Shown here: piece by piece, positions 25,042 to 39,459 of the stretch | Numbering within the stretch: the first letter of the stretch is position 1 | Layout: each line of letters begins with the position of its first letter | Origin: Mustelus asterias | Lineage: Eukaryota | Reading direction: 5' to 3' | NCBI RefSeq assembly: GCF_964213995.1 | Contig: NC_135830.1 | Coordinates: 5,084,001 to 5,148,000 of the forward strand | DNA length: 64,000 nucleotides | Translations under genes and position numbers: made by a program | Notes under the pieces: model-generated | Told to the model about the DNA's origin: nothing | Seen by the model: only the letters and a program-made list of their open reading frames with translations | Database searches by the model: none

Positions 25042-28000
25042 GTAAGAACCATGCAATTATTTAGTAACTGTTTTACTTGAGCTTTTGTTTTATATTTTTT
25101 ATCGATTTTATTAATTCATTCGTTCACTGAAATGTGGTTTGGCGGATTCTGTACTAAAAATCTGAACAATGTTTCATGTGATTCTGCTGAAAATGGGGGT
25201 TATAAAATTATACTGTTAATTGACAAGGCGATGCTGAGGGATTCAATCCTTGGTTGTTGTATTTTGGTCTTTATCTGCTGAGGACATTGTGTGGCTGGGT
25301 TACTTTAAAAGATACTGTCTAACTTCTGTTAAACAGTTCGACGTTTCTGCAGTGTATAAACTCGGTGACATCTAGTGGCTGCGGGTTGTACCATCTGCTG
25401 CACACGCATTTGAAATCTAACCCAATATTTTAAAAATGTGTTAAAGATTCTGTATTAATTGAGTGATCATATTCCGCTTACTCGCAATGCCGGTGTGGTT
25501 CTGACATATTTCTGTTAATTTAATCATTCATTAGTTTGGTGATGAGCGGATTGGCTGGATTTAAATTTGAGATTTGCTGTCAATGTTACATTTGATTCTA
25601 TTGAAAGCGTTTGTAGAATTGAGCTGCTTCTGCATTATGCGGGGTTCAGTGATATATATTTTTTTCTGTTGAGGAGATTGTGGGTCTGGGTGACTTTGAA
25701 TAAGTAAAATTTTTGAAATGGTTTGGCGATTCTGCATTATTTAATCTCGGTGACACTGAGCTGTTACACACTTTGTGATTGAATACAAACAGTCTTCGCG
25801 TCTGAAACTGCTTGACGCATGATTATATGTTGAAATCAGGCAGGCTTTATTCCATTGGCATTTTTGAAAATCATAATTGATAATTGCAGGTTAAACTAAA
25901 TCACAGTTTACGCAGTTTGTTCAGAATATAGTTTGCCACTGCATTCACTATTTGGTTAACCTGCAATGTTAAATCTCAGTGATTGCTGCAGCTTTTACCA
26001 TCCAAATGTTTAAATATGTTTGAAATATGATCCAATATGAATAAAATGTGGTAAAGTTTCCATATTAATGTGTTGGATATATTCTATCTCTTCACAATGC
26101 TATTGCTATTATTCCAGATTTCTGTTTTGTTTAATAATTCATAGATTTGGTGACGAGCTGTTTTGCTGGATTCGATATTGAGATTTTCTTGCAATGTTAC
26201 ATTTTATTATGTTGAATGAATAATTGAGCTGCTTCTTCATGAAGCGGAATAATTCCCTCAGTGATGTGCTTTGGAGTGTTTATGTTCAGGAGATTCTGTG
26301 GTTCGGCCACTATGATAGTTTAAAATTTGCGAAGTGATTTGGTGTTTCCGCATTGTTTCTGCATTGTTTAAACTCGGCGGCACTGAGCGGTTACACGTTT
26401 TCTGGTTGAATGCAAAGAATCTCTGAGTTTGAAAGTCCTTGTAGTAGAAAACAGGCAGGTTTTGGAAAAAAATGAAATCAAGATATCACAACATTTTTAT
26501 AAATTTTAACTAATGTTTAAATATTAAAATAAATCATGACTTACAAAGTTCACTTGGACACTAAGTCATTGCTGCAATCACAAACTTCTCATTAACCAAT
26601 TTGATCATGAAATTAAGATAAATCAAACAATTATTGATCGGCAATATAACTCCATATTCACCAAAGATTTTTTTATGTTAATATCATTATTCACTAATCA
26701 CCTCTAATAGTTCTGTTCAATTAAAATGACCAGAAAAGTTTCTGGGCTGGAAATATTTTGTGATAATTCCAGAAACTATTTCAATGATAACGTGCTGTTT
26801 CCATAGCAGCGCTCAATTCAACAAGATACTTTGCATTAGTCGTTATATCCCAGATTAAGTTCGCATTCACTGGAATACGAGTTTTGCAGAATAAGACATT
26901 GCTTTTTGGCAATTTATGTATCCGATTATTACATTTTCTTTCTGTGCAGTCGCAATCAGATTATTCCTTCCAAGTAATTTGTAATTGGATACCGAGATAA
27001 TTAATTACTAATCTCATCTCAAAATTTGTGAAATGGTTTGGTGTTTCTCAATTGTTTCTGTATTGTTTCAACTCTGTGAAACTGAGCGGTTACACGTTTT
27101 CTGGCTAAATGAAAATAAAACTGCGTTTGAAAATTCTTGCAGGGATAAAGGAAAAAGGTTTCGGAAAAATAAAATAATTAGATGTTTGGGCTTTTATTCA
27201 AGTTAACTGATGCTTACATATTAAAATAAATCATGAATTACAATTCTTACAGAGACACTGTATCTCTGTTAGGGAGATTACACTACCCTGAATCTGTTAT
27301 ATTTGAGGTGCTCATTTTCAGAAAAAATACATTTTTGCCCAGTTTTCATGATTTGAGACAGACAGGGAGAGATAGTTAAAAGGCGAAGGGAGTTTTGAAA
27401 TGAACATCAGGTTAATTTAAATTTTTTATTGACTTTTTTGCAGTTGTAATTTGACCTTAGATCAATTAGAATCAAACAGTTTGAATAAATTTGACAGAGC
27501 GAACAGAGTTTTCTGACAGGTGGAATTCGCTGACACTCATGCAATTGTTCACATTGTTCACATAATTGTGTTTGAATTGTAGTAAAGTGTCAACAGAAAC
27601 TGGCTAGAGATGGACAAGTTAATGCTTGAAATTCAAAAAGATTAATTTAAATAAAAATATTATACTATTATAAATACTATAAAAATAATCTTATCTCTGC
27701 ACTTGATAATAACATCATGTCTCCCATTACTGCTGAACACAGGATAGAATTATGGGAAGAATAAATGACAGAATAGAAGAATTGATTCTATCTGAACCTT
27801 ATGTTTAATTCATATTAAATATTATAATGAAGAAAAAGTCTGGACTTACATTCTGCATCATGTTTTAGTGTTACAGAGGATTAGAATCAATTGTCCTCTT
27901 TGTGTTTGCACTGTTTAATTCAGATCTTCTTTAATTAAACAATGTGTTCAGTAATTAAGTTATATGGATGTTCTAAATTACTAAATCTTGGAAGCAGTAT

Positions 28001-28920
28001 TATTGACTTCAAACTGCCAGGCCGTTACAGTCTATACATATTCAGCAGTATGCAATTTTAACACTTTTGCAGGTTATAATAAGACACTTGTAGTAAAAGT
28101 GAAAAAGTAAAATCTTACAATGTGATTAGATTTAAGTAAATGAATGACAGATGTCTGAATGTTTCTGTTCAGTAATTTGAAATTATATTTAACATTGTCT
28201 AAGATTTAATTGTAACCTAATTATTTAACAATGTTGGAGGCAGAAGCACATTTTGAATGATTGAAAACCCATTTTATTACAGAGTACAAATGAGCTGACA
28301 GGAGAACTAACTAGTAATTAACAATAACTTAAAATATAATAATGCTGCTGATTAATTCAAAACAAACTACCTTGAATATTGTACAGGCGTGCAAAATACA
28401 ATCCGTTTTAGAGAATATTCAATTGTATCGGAAATGTATTCAGAAACAAAACATTACTTTACTCAGCTGTGCTCACTCGATAAAGTGCTTTGCTTTGATT
28501 AATTTGTTGAGTACATTTAATTAAGAAATTAGATCTAATCAGGTAATGATTTTCAATCTAAATGTTTCTTGATTTGGTTACTTCTTGCTGTGTCACCGCA
28601 TCTCTGTTAGGGACATTGAACTGTCCTGAATCTGTTATTTTTGATTGCTCATTTTCGGCGAAATTACATTTTTACATAGTTTTCGAGAAGTGAGACAGAG
28701 GAATAATTAACAGTCGAAAGGTGTTTTGAAATGAATATCAGTTTAATTTAAAATAGGTTATTAATTTTCTGTTGTTGTAAGTTGGCCATTGATCAATTAG
28801 AATCCAACAGTTTGAATGAAATTGACAGATTGAACAGATCTATCTGCTGGGCACTCGATTGTTGCACCGTTTATGTCTGTTCTGTTTCTGTGCGCGTGGT
28901 CACTGTGTTGGGGCCAGGAA

Positions 28921-30240
28921 ACACACACACACACACGCACACACACACACGCACACATGCACTATCCCTCCCACATTCCCGTACTCTCACTTCGTCTCAC
29001 AACTCATTCACATGCTCCTTCTCTCATACGAACACTTCCACACGCATTCTCTCACGCAGGCACATATTTCTCTCTCTTTCACACGCTTACTCCCTTACAC
29101 ATTATCTCACATACGCACAATCTTGCTCTCAAACACTGTCTCTCACAAAGACTCTCTCTCTCACACGCCCACAGTCTCTCCGTCTCTCACACACGAACAC
29201 ACATGTATACACAATGTATCTCTCTGAAACACTCCACCTATCACAGACACGTTTTCTCTCAATCGTTATTTCACTCACACACACTCACACATCCACTCTG
29301 TCTAATTTTCACACTTTTTCTCGCTCACACTCTCCCCGCCCCTCCACACACGCACACACACACATACACACACACACACACTTTGAAGAACAGAGACACT
29401 CTCACACACATAAAGAATATCTCTTCAAACACACACTCTCTCTCTCACACACACACATTCGCGATATCACATATCCTTTCTCTACGCACACTCTCTCCTC
29501 TTGCACACACAGACCACTGTCTCACACACGTGCAAAAGCACTCATGTGTCTGACACACTCTCACCCACATAAACCACACACAACGTCTCTCTCTCACAAA
29601 CAAAAACTCTTTCTCTCTGTCACAGACACACACGCTCACACACACACACACACACTCAAAAATATTGCTTCTATCACCCACACACATTGTACACATCTTT
29701 CTCACTCACACGCAATCCCATGCACACTTTCACACACTCATGAACCTACTATTTTGCTTTCAAATAGGCACTCCCTCTCGCACACACTGTCTTTCACATG
29801 AACACAACACTCTCTCCCACACACAGACCCTCCTTCTCAAGCACACGCACTCTCTTTCACAGACACCCTGTATCTCATATAGACACACTTCTTTTCACAT
29901 AAACACACACTCAATCACACACAGAAGTACTCTCTCATACAGACTCCCCACACACATTCTCCCCGCTCCTCCACACACACACTTTCAAGGTGAGACACAC
30001 TATCACACACAAAGAATAACTCTTCAAACACATGCTCTCTCACACACACACATTATCTCACACACCCTTTCTCGCACACACACTCTCCCCTCTTGCACGC
30101 ACAGCCAACTGTCTTACACACGTGCAAACGTAGTCTATCACACACAGGCACCCTCCCACACATTCACTCTCTCTCTCTCTCACACACACACACCCAAACA
30201 CCCTCTCACACACTTTCCATCTCACATACGTCAGAGTGTC
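28921..30240. repeat. Degenerate (CA)n/(CT)n low-complexity tract in the J-C intron
   Basis: Direct inspection; it generates spurious His/Thr-rich ORFs. Confidence 0.92.
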
Positions 30241-30559
30241 TGTCCTTGACATCATAGAATAGAATCATAGGATCCTACAGTACAGAAGGAGGCCATTCAG
30301 CCCATCGAGTCTGCACCAACAGCAATCCCGATCCCCATAACCACATGTATTTACCCTAACTAGTCACCCTGACACTAAGGGGCAATTTAGCACGGCTAAT
30401 CCACCGAACCCGCACATCTTTGGACTGTGGGAGGAAACAGGAGCACCCGAATGAAACCCAAATAGACATGGGGGGAACTTGCAAACTCCACACAGACAGT
30501 GACCCAAGTCGGGAATCCAACTCTGAGGCAGCAGCGCTAATCACTGTGCCACCGTGCCA

Positions 30560-31760
30560 CCATCCACCCGCCCCCCCACTTACTCACTCGCATTCACTCA
30601 CTCACCCTCATTCACTCACACTCACACCCTCATTCACTCACCAGCACTCACTCACTCACACCCACTCACCCTCACACATCCTCACTCACTCATCCCCATT
30701 CACTCACTGTCACTCAGTCACCCACACTCACGCGCCATCACTCACTCAACCTCACTCACTAACCCTCAGTCACTCACTCAGAGCCTCAGTCACTCACCAA
30801 CACTCATAGTCACCTTCATTCACTCATCCCACTAACCCACCCTCACTCACCCAGTCTCACTCACTCTCACTCACTCACCCTACTTACCCACCCTCACTTA
30901 CCCAGTCTCACTCACTCTCACTCACTCACGCTACTTACCCACCCTCACTTATCCAGTCTCACTCACTCTCACTCACCCTCACTCACCCCACTTACCCACC
31001 TTCACTCATCCTGTCTCAATCACTCTCACTCACTCACCGCATTTACCCTCCCTCACTTATCCAGTCTCACTCCCTCTCACTCGCCCTCACTCACTCTCCC
31101 CACTTACCCACCCTCGCTTACCCAGACTCACCCCCACACACTCAAGCTCAATCACCCTCTCTCTCTCACGTATGCCACCTGACCCATTCAAACTCACTGA
31201 GACTCACGCACCTACATTCACTCACACACCCTCACATATTCACCATCACTCAAGGTCACCCACCCTAACTCACAGATCCTCAATCACTCATCCTCACTCA
31301 AACACCTTCACTCACTCACCTTCACTCATCCACCCATCCGCATTTATTCTCCCTCACACACTCTCACACCACCCTCAATAACACACCCTGACTCACTCAC
31401 TCTCTCACCCTCACTTACTAAGTCACATTCACTCCTCACCCTCATTCACTCGCTCTCACTCACCCACCTTCACTAACCTTCACGCATCCTCACTCGCTCA
31501 CCCTCATTCATTCATTCTCTCTTACCGATACTCACTCACCCACCTTCACTCACACATTCAGCCACCTTCACTCACCCACCCTCTCTCACACACCCTCATT
31601 TACTCACGTTCTCTCACCCTCACCCACACTTACTCACTCACACTCAATCACTCACCCTCACTTACCCACCTTCCATCACTCACACACCATCACTCATCCA
31701 CTTTCACTCCTTCAATCACTCACCCTCACGCACTCACATTCTCTCACTCACACTCGCTAA
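30560..31760. repeat. (CTCA/CACC)n C-rich tract
   Basis: Direct inspection. Confidence 0.92.
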
Positions 31761-31844
31761 ACCTGTGTGTGGAGGTCTGTAACGAGAGAGAAGAAAGATC
31801 TCAAGCGGCAGTTTGGTGTTCAAATGTGGGAGCTGCCCTGGGAA

Positions 31845-32530
31845 TGTGGAGAGCTGGGGGGAATCCCTGGGGGCTCAGGGCCAAGGACAATGGGAAAGAG
31901 CCGGGGAGAACAGGAGGCGTGGTAAAGGGCAGAGAGCTGGGGCGGGCGGGGGGGGGGGGAGGGCACAGAGTCTGGGGAAAGGGCCGAGAGCCGGGGGAAA
32001 GGGCAGAGAGCCAGGAGAAAGGGCAGAGAGCCAGGAGAAATGGGAAAGAGCGCCAATGGAAAGGGCAGGGAGCCAGGTGAAAGGGCAGAGAAACAGGAGA
32101 AAAGGCAGCGAGATGGAGGAAATGGCAGGGAGATCAGGGAAAGAGGAGAGAGCCAGGATAAAGGGCAGGGAGGCCGGGGAAAGGACAGAGAGCCGACGAA
32201 AAGTGCAAAAGAGCCCTGGGGAAAGGGCAGAGAGTCAGGGGGAAAGACAGAGAGTCAGGGGGGAAGGGCAGAGAGCCGGGGGAAAGGACAGAGAGCCAGG
32301 GGAAAGGGGAAAGAGAATAGTGAGCAGGGACACCGGGCAGAGAGCCGGGGGAAAGGGTAGGGTGCTGAGGGAAAGGGCAGAGAGCCGGGGGAGAGGGCAC
32401 AGAGCTGGAGGGAAGTGTCGAGAGCCAGGTGGAAGTGTAGAGAGCCGGGTGAAAGGGGAAAGGAGCCACAGGGAATGGCAGAGAGCCAGGGGAAAGGGCA
32501 GAGAGCCAGGGAAAATGGGCAGAGAGTGGG
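31845..32530 (+). repeat. G/A-rich ~20-bp tandem repeat (GGGGGAAAGGGCAGAGAGCC)n
   Basis: Direct inspection; about 1 kb upstream of CH1. Confidence 0.9.
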
Positions 32531-32846
32531 TGATCGACGGACGGAGTGAGGAGGTGCAAAATAGAGCGAGCACCACAACCAGATCATCTGTAATCTCAGT
32601 GAACTATGGAGGAGACTTCAGGGTCCGAATGGTCAACTCTTGCTATTAATGTATGACCCTTAAATTAGTCAATGTTGCAATTATTTGAATTTGTAATCAC
32701 ATTTCCAGTTTCCTGGTCATTCAGTAAGTATTCATTCCGAAGGTATTTCTGAACGAAAGTCACTAATCTTCGTTTTGTGGAGTGAGAGTTGGAGAGAGGA
32801 AGGGGCTTCAGTCAGTTTGAACACAGGCAATATCCAAAAATTACAA

Positions 32847-32968
32847 TGTGGAGATGCCGACGCTAGGTTGGGGTGGGCACAGTAAGGAGTCTCACAACAC
32901 CAGGTTAAAGTACAACAGGATGATTTGGAATTGCGAACTTTTGGAGCTCTTTCATCAGGTGAGTGGCT
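32847..32968 (-). mobile_element. Antisense copy of the same Penelope-like terminus with a degenerate hammerhead
   Basis: Reverse complement matches 39470-39588; CTGATGA retained (32952-32958), stem II shortened and GAAA lost. Confidence 0.65.
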
Positions 32969-33497
32969 GATATGAATGAAGAGACAACTTCTTCATCACA
33001 ACGTGCTGTTGTTTGAGAAATAGGTAGTGCCTGAAATAATGGAGAAAGTCTTTACTCTTCTCTGTTAATCCAATGAATGGTATGTCATTACGATGACCTC
33101 AAAATGTTTTTGTCTTTCCAATCTGATAGAGGTGGTGACAGTGATGTGAGTTTCTACAAAAATGGCGATTCCCAACTGATAGGAGTAACAGCAGCTCAAA
33201 GGTGTGCGTAGGTTTTAATCGGGAAATATTAACTTAAGTTCATAATTCTAGTCAAATCGTGACGTTGAAACATAGAAAATAGAAGCAGGAGGAGGCCATT
33301 CGGCCCTTTGACCCTGCTCCACCATTCACTTTGATCATGGCTCAATAATATCCTGACCCCGCCTACTACCCATATCCACTGATCCCTTTAGCCCCAAGAG
33401 CTATACCTAATATAGAAACATACTTGTATAAATATGTTTGATTAATTAATAAACGCAGGTAATAGCCTAACTTGTTTAATCGACTATTCTTTCCCAG

Positions 33498-33797
33498 CGA
33501 CACCGTCTCCGCCCACTCTCTACAGCCTCGTCTCTTCCTGTCAGCAACACAACTCCGCTGGCTCCATCATCTACGGCTGTTTGGCGATGGACTACTCTCC
33601 AGATGTCTCCAAACTGACCTGGAAGAAAAATGGGCAGCTGATCGACACTGGATTTAAGACTTATCCATCAGTGAGAAACGCAAAGGGAACTTACACCTTG
33701 AGCAGCCAGTTAACCATCACCCAGTCAGAGGGAGAGTGCAGCAAAATCAAGTGTGAGGTTCGACACCGCGACTCAGTCAAGAGCATTGGAATGCAAT
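33498..33797 (+). CDS. IGHM: IgM constant exon CH1
   Basis: ttcccag| acceptor; [15 protein letters not shown]...GCLAMDYSP...TWKK...CEVRH...; T|gtaag donor; C1-set Cys/Trp/Cys. Confidence 0.95.
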
Positions 33798-33944
33798 GTA
33801 AGTGTTGTGGAACTTGGGCAAGACAGGAACGCTCTGATTGAACTGTATAAGGCTTTAGTTATAACTGATCTGTAGCACTCTGAAAAATTGAATTATGCAA
33901 AATCCAGGTAAGTGCCTACTGACTGAAAAGTTGCTCAGAACCAA

Positions 33945-34680
33945 AGAACAACAGAAATGTTACTGTGCAGAATGAGGCCATTTAGCCCATCATGTCTGTG
34001 CTGGCCAAAAGGGAGAACAAATAAACTAGCCTGACAAAGTAAGCCTATTTTCCAGCCCTTGCTCCGTAGCATTGCAGCTTAAAGCACTTGAGATGTAGAC
34101 CCAGATGCCTTTTAAATGACCATGCTCCCTGGTAATTGAGCCCTCCACTTGGGGAATGAATTATTTCTGCCTACGTCCCTTATTATTTTGTGAACCACAA
34201 TTATGTCACGCCTCAGCCTCCTCTTTTCCTAAAGACAACAAACCCTGTCTATCCAATCTCGCCTCATGGCGGGAATTTTCAGTCCCTGGCAACATTCTTG
34301 TAAACCTCATCTCTCTCCAGAGTCATTACGCTATTCCTGCAATGTGGTGACCAGAACTGTACAGCAAACTCCAAACGTGGCCTAACTCGGTTTTAAGCAG
34401 CTCCATCATTGCATCACTGTTTTTGTATTCAATATCTCACATAATAGAGGAACTAATCCGATATGCTTTCTTGATCAACTTTTCCAGCTGCCCTACCATC
34501 TACCAGGACCTGTGGACATGCACTCTAAGGTCTTGCATTTCCTCAATCCCTCTGAACATTCCAGTTTATTGCCTTGCTTTGTTTTCCCTCCCCAAATGCA
34601 TTGTATGGCACTTTTGACGGTTGAATTCCATTCGCTATTTCCCTGCCAATTCAACCAAACCATGGATATAATTCTCAAAT
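33945..34680 (-). mobile_element. Degenerate CR1 fragment in the CH1-CH2 intron
   Basis: Reverse-strand CR1 3' end features (ggtgaccagaactgtacagcaaactcc; tail agaacaacagaa). Confidence 0.65.
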
Positions 34681-34768
34681 CGGCAGCTATGGTGCTAAAA
34701 TAAAAGAACTAATTTTAATTGATGTCAATTGAATCTTCAAGTAACGTCTGAACATTTGTTTGTTGAAG

Positions 34769-35080
34769 GCCCAATCGTTATCACCCCAACCGTTATCCTC
34801 ACCGTGAGTTCCAGTGAAGAAATCAGCAGCAGAAAATTTGCAACCATCGTCTGTTCAATCATTGATTTCCAGCCAAAGTCAATGACGGTGGAGTGGCTGA
34901 AGAATGGACAACCCATGAATTCAGGAATTGTCACCTCTCCCGCCTGTGAAGTGAATGGGAACTTCTCGGCCAGCAGTCGGTTGACAGTCTCCGCTCAGGA
35001 ATGGTTCAGCAAAGCGGTCTACACCTGCCAGGTCACTCATCAAGGATTCACTCAGAGTCAGAACATCAGCGGATCTCTGG
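34769..35080 (+). CDS. IGHM: IgM constant exon CH2
   Basis: [18 protein letters not shown]...[21 protein letters not shown]...YTCQVTH; ag/gt boundaries in phase 1. Confidence 0.95.
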
Positions 35081-35997
35081 GTAAGAGACTCAAACCGAGA
35101 AAAAAATTATTCCGCTGTTAATCGAAATTAGGGATCTATTAAAGTTAATACAAAGCATAGAACAACTTCTAAGTTATTGTCATGTAGTTTGCTGCATTGG
35201 GACAGTGCCACATTCAGAACTTCATCACAACATCAATTTTTGTTATTCCTTCATGAGATGTGCATTTGTGGCCCATCCCGGAGGCCACTTAAGTGTCAAC
35301 CACGTTACTGTGGATCTGGAGTCACATGCATGCCAGGCCAGATAAAGACAACAGATTTACTTTTCTAAACGGCATTCGTGAACCAGGTGGGTTTTTACAA
35401 CAACGGCTTCATGATGATCATTTGACTTTTAATGACAGATTTTTACTAAATTCAAATTTCACCATCTGCAGTGGTGAGATTCGAATCTGTGTCCCCAGAG
35501 TCGTGCCCTGGGTTACAAGACCATTGGCAACACCACCATGCCACTGCCTCCCCTTGAAATAGTGTTCCCTTCCATTTTAAAGTAACAGAGTAAGCGAGGT
35601 GGTCTTGATGTCAGCTTTTTCCTGAGACAGCTGGTAAGATTTGGAGAGACAGTCGGTGTCGGACTGTTTCACAGGTCACAGCATAGGGGTAAAATATTGG
35701 GAAGTGTATCCACCCTACTTATAAACTAACTGCCAGTACTTGGTTCCTGAGTTCAGGAATGGTATATTTATTGGGGAATACTGCAATGTTGATTCATGAG
35801 AATGATACCGCTGCTAAAATACTTGAACAAAAAGAGAATAATTTCACAGAGCAGGCTGGTTTTCCATCCTCCATAGAGGCTGAAAGGTGATAGTTAGTGG
35901 TTGATATATCGAAGGCAACTTCGTCTCCTTCAGGCTGAAGACTGCTGTCCTGCTTCTGAAGAGGGAACTAGGGTTGATTTTCATTTTTCATTCACAG

Positions 35998-36306
35998 ATA
36001 CTCCCCAGTGCCCTGATACCACAGTGACGATACAGCCCCCGCCAATAGAACAGGTCTTATTGGAGGCGACCGTGACCTTAACCTGCATCATTTCTCATGC
36101 TCCCTATGGAGTCAATGTGTCCTGGATCCGAGACAGGAAGTATTTGAAATCAGAGATTGCCGAAAAGCCAGGAGCGGATCCTGACAGCGTGGTCAGCAAC
36201 TTAAACATCTCGACACAAGCCTGGCTGAGTGCGGCTGTGTTTGACTGCGTGGTGAGCCATCAGGATCTGCCGACTCCTTTAAGAAAATCCATCCACAAGG
36301 AAACAG
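35998..36306 (+). CDS. IGHM: IgM constant exon CH3
   Basis: [30 protein letters not shown]...VSW...[13 protein letters not shown]; ttcacag| and G|gtgag. Confidence 0.95.
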
Positions 36307-36807
36307 GTGAGCTGAGAGATTGAAGCAATAAATGCGTCACTGTGTCTATTTCCAGTGTCAGTGTACTGGTCAATATTCAGTATTCAGTGCATTAATGGTG
36401 TCCCCTGAGTGGAAACTCTACTAACTAAAAACTGGGAGGTGTAGATATTTTTACGGGGAAATTTGATGTGTTGATGAATGAAAAGTGAACTGAAGGCGAT
36501 GTTATTGGGTTTAGATCGAATAACGAGGGAGGAGCCTGATGTGGAGCATAAAAACCAGAAAACCAAAAATAAAGCCGATCAGTTGGGCCGAATAGCCTGA
36601 TTCTGTGCTGTAAAATTTCTGAAACTTCCCAGTCCAGCCACCTGAGTTATTTGAGAAAATAATTGTGTTCACCTCTGCTCCAAACTGGAAGTCAAAAATG
36701 GAAACATTTAAAATCGAAACGAAGCACATTTTTCTGATATCGAGCCAGTGGTTACATTCTCTCCAGAATTCTCCAGTTTATTGACATCTATTGTACATTT
36801 TCTGCAG

Positions 36808-37199
36808 ATCCAAATCCGCGGGAACCGTTCGTCTCTGTCCTCTTGCCCTCGGCAGAAGAAGTCTCCGCTCAGAGATTCGTCTCCCTCAGCTGCTTAGTGA
36901 GACGTTTCTCCCCTCGAGAGATCTTCGTCAAGTGGACCGTCAACGACAAGCCGGTGAATCCTGGGAACTATAAGAACACCGAGGTGGTCGCGGAGAGCGG
37001 GAATAGCTCCTTCTTCATGTACAGCCTGTTATCCATTGCAGCAGAGGAATGGTCCAGCGGCGCTTCTTACTCCTGTGTGGTGGGACATGAAGCCATCCCC
37101 TTGAAGATCATCAACAGAACAGTTGACAAATCCAGCGGTAAACCCAGTTTTGTGAACATTTCCCTTGCACTGATGGACACCGTTAATTCATGTCAATGA
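36808..37199 (+). CDS. IGHM: IgM CH4 plus secretory tailpiece (...DKSS|[20 protein letters not shown])
   Basis: tctgcag| acceptor, C1-set domain, internal donor G|gtaaac at 37138 for the membrane form, tailpiece with NIS sequon and penultimate Cys. Confidence 0.97.
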
Positions 37200-37226
37200 G
37201 AATCACTCGGTTACATTAAAAACTTC

Positions 37227-37241
37227 AATAAAAAGAATAAA
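37227..37241 (+). terminator. Secretory-form poly(A) signals (two AATAAA)
   Basis: AATAAA at 37227 and 37236, about 30 nt after the stop. Confidence 0.8.
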
Positions 37242-38783
37242 ATCGTTTTCCTCCAACGATAAATGAAATACCCAATTGCTTAATTGATTGGTTTTCAATT
37301 TTACTTCCACTATGTATCTTTGGTTTGAGTCAGGTATTTTCACGTCTCGGGCTCAAGCCTTGTTGAACCAATGCACCCAGCTCAGATACACCCTGGGTTA
37401 GAGACAGAGTAGAGCACATTCATTGCAGTATTCTGCAAAATATCTTCACCGACTTTCCTCCCACTGAGGAGAAATCTGACAATTTCAACATTTCTGACAA
37501 ACAAACACAATTTACATCTCGGTGTTCCTGCTTCTCTCGTTGTCCATGCCTTTACCATTGATGTCAGCTTTAAGCTGCTGCACCACACCCACTGGGAACT
37601 GGAGTGAGGGTCACACAGAAACATGGAGCAACAATCCCCCCATCAGAGAGAGGGAGAGTGAAATTGTGAACATACCGGATTCCTACTCACCCAACAAAGA
37701 GAGGGGAGAGCCGTAGCTAACCCATGTACCATCACTTCCTCAATGAAAAGAGGAGGAATGTCATTATTTAATCCACTCACCACCACCTCGTCAACGGTTA
37801 GAACCATCAGGCACATTGCTTCACCGGGTAGAGAGAGGGAAATTATGAGCTCACTCCCTCCCTCTTCGCAAGTAACGTGTTTGGAAGGGACCAGCTCTCT
37901 ACTAGAAGAACCCAGTTGCCAACAGTACAAATTAGCTTCTGGTTTATTTGCTGCAGAGTTTGAAGTATCATTATCCTAATCAATGTGATGCATATATACT
38001 TATGCAACATAATTTAAAAATGTTTCTGCACTCTTGTTCCTGTTAATCATGTCCTGGCATTGATTTCCCATAATGCAAATTGAAACAAATGATTGAATCC
38101 TCCCCGGTTTTTACTGTTCTGTCCCTGATGTTTCCGAGATGCATCAATGAATGATTTCATTCGTTCTCCTGATATCACCGTGCCACTCACATAAACTACA
38201 TTCATACAGCAAAACATTGAAAATATGCTCCATTATACGTATTGTTTGGATCATTTTCAGTTAATGATTGCGGTGAAACTTGGAGCAACAGCTAAAAAAT
38301 ACACACACTGACAATACTCCACAAAACTGTCACAATTATAAATACACACATAAGCGCGCACACACACACACTCACACTCACACACATACACACACACACA
38401 CATCGACACAAATGCACAACTACACACACAAATACACATACTCACACATATGCACACAAATACAGAAAGACACATGTAAATATACACACACAAACGCATA
38501 CACATACCCCCACACACATACATATACAGAAATAGGGACAGGCACATTCAAATACAGACACAGAAACACACAAATACACAACAGATACACTTTCACACAC
38601 CATAGGTACACTCAATACTTGCACAGACGAACACACATGCAGAGAAACAAGAATGCACACACAAATGCACTCATGGGCAAAACATGCACAAACAGAAATA
38701 CACACTTACACAAATACACCCACACAAAAATACACCCATACCCAAACACATCCGTACACAAATATACATAGGGACACACCCAT

Positions 38784-38817
<34 letters not shown>

Positions 38818-39459
38818 ACAGACGGACACATACACACACACACACACATACGAACACATAGACACGCGCTCTTGGACAAACAGACACTAAAACAACAACA
38901 TACACACACATAATCAAATATGTACAAACGCACACATGTACACATGAAACACACAAGTACATACACATACGTGAGTAGGTACAGACCCAAACACAAACAC
39001 ATACATGCATAGACACAATACAGACAGATACACACGCATGCAGACCCACATAAATACACAAGCACATACTTAGACTCAAATAAATACATATATTAGCACA
39101 CGTTCACGCTGATAGGAATATAGATATAAAGACACACAATGTTATACACATTCACAAACATATATGGAAATACATATAAACAAATCACCAGGCTGCATAT
39201 AGAAGAACAGACAGCAAAACATTTACACACAAACATGTAGACGCAAACATTAACATGCTCATAGAACAGAACACCATAGCACATATTACAAACATGCTCA
39301 TAGAACAGAACACCATAGCACACATTACTACACATCGAAACACAAATATACATCAACGCACCGTTATAAAGAATGTCAACACGTGTATACATACACTGAC
39401 ATGTTAACAGGCGTGCACACAGACACATGGAGAAACAGACGCACACAGAAAGGGAAACA

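Noticed and set aside
28782-32649. Long ORFs (339, 226, 194 and 278 aa) in the J-C intron
   Set aside because: They are translations of CA-, CTCA- and GA-rich simple repeats in several overlapping frames
37330-37930. Coding-like block after the secretory poly(A), possibly a decayed extra exon
   Set aside because: No sustained frame, Ig motif or convincing splice pair; left unexplained
38257-39446. Cys/Val- and His/Thr-rich ORFs in the CH4-TM intron
   Set aside because: Translations of a degenerate CA/TA microsatellite
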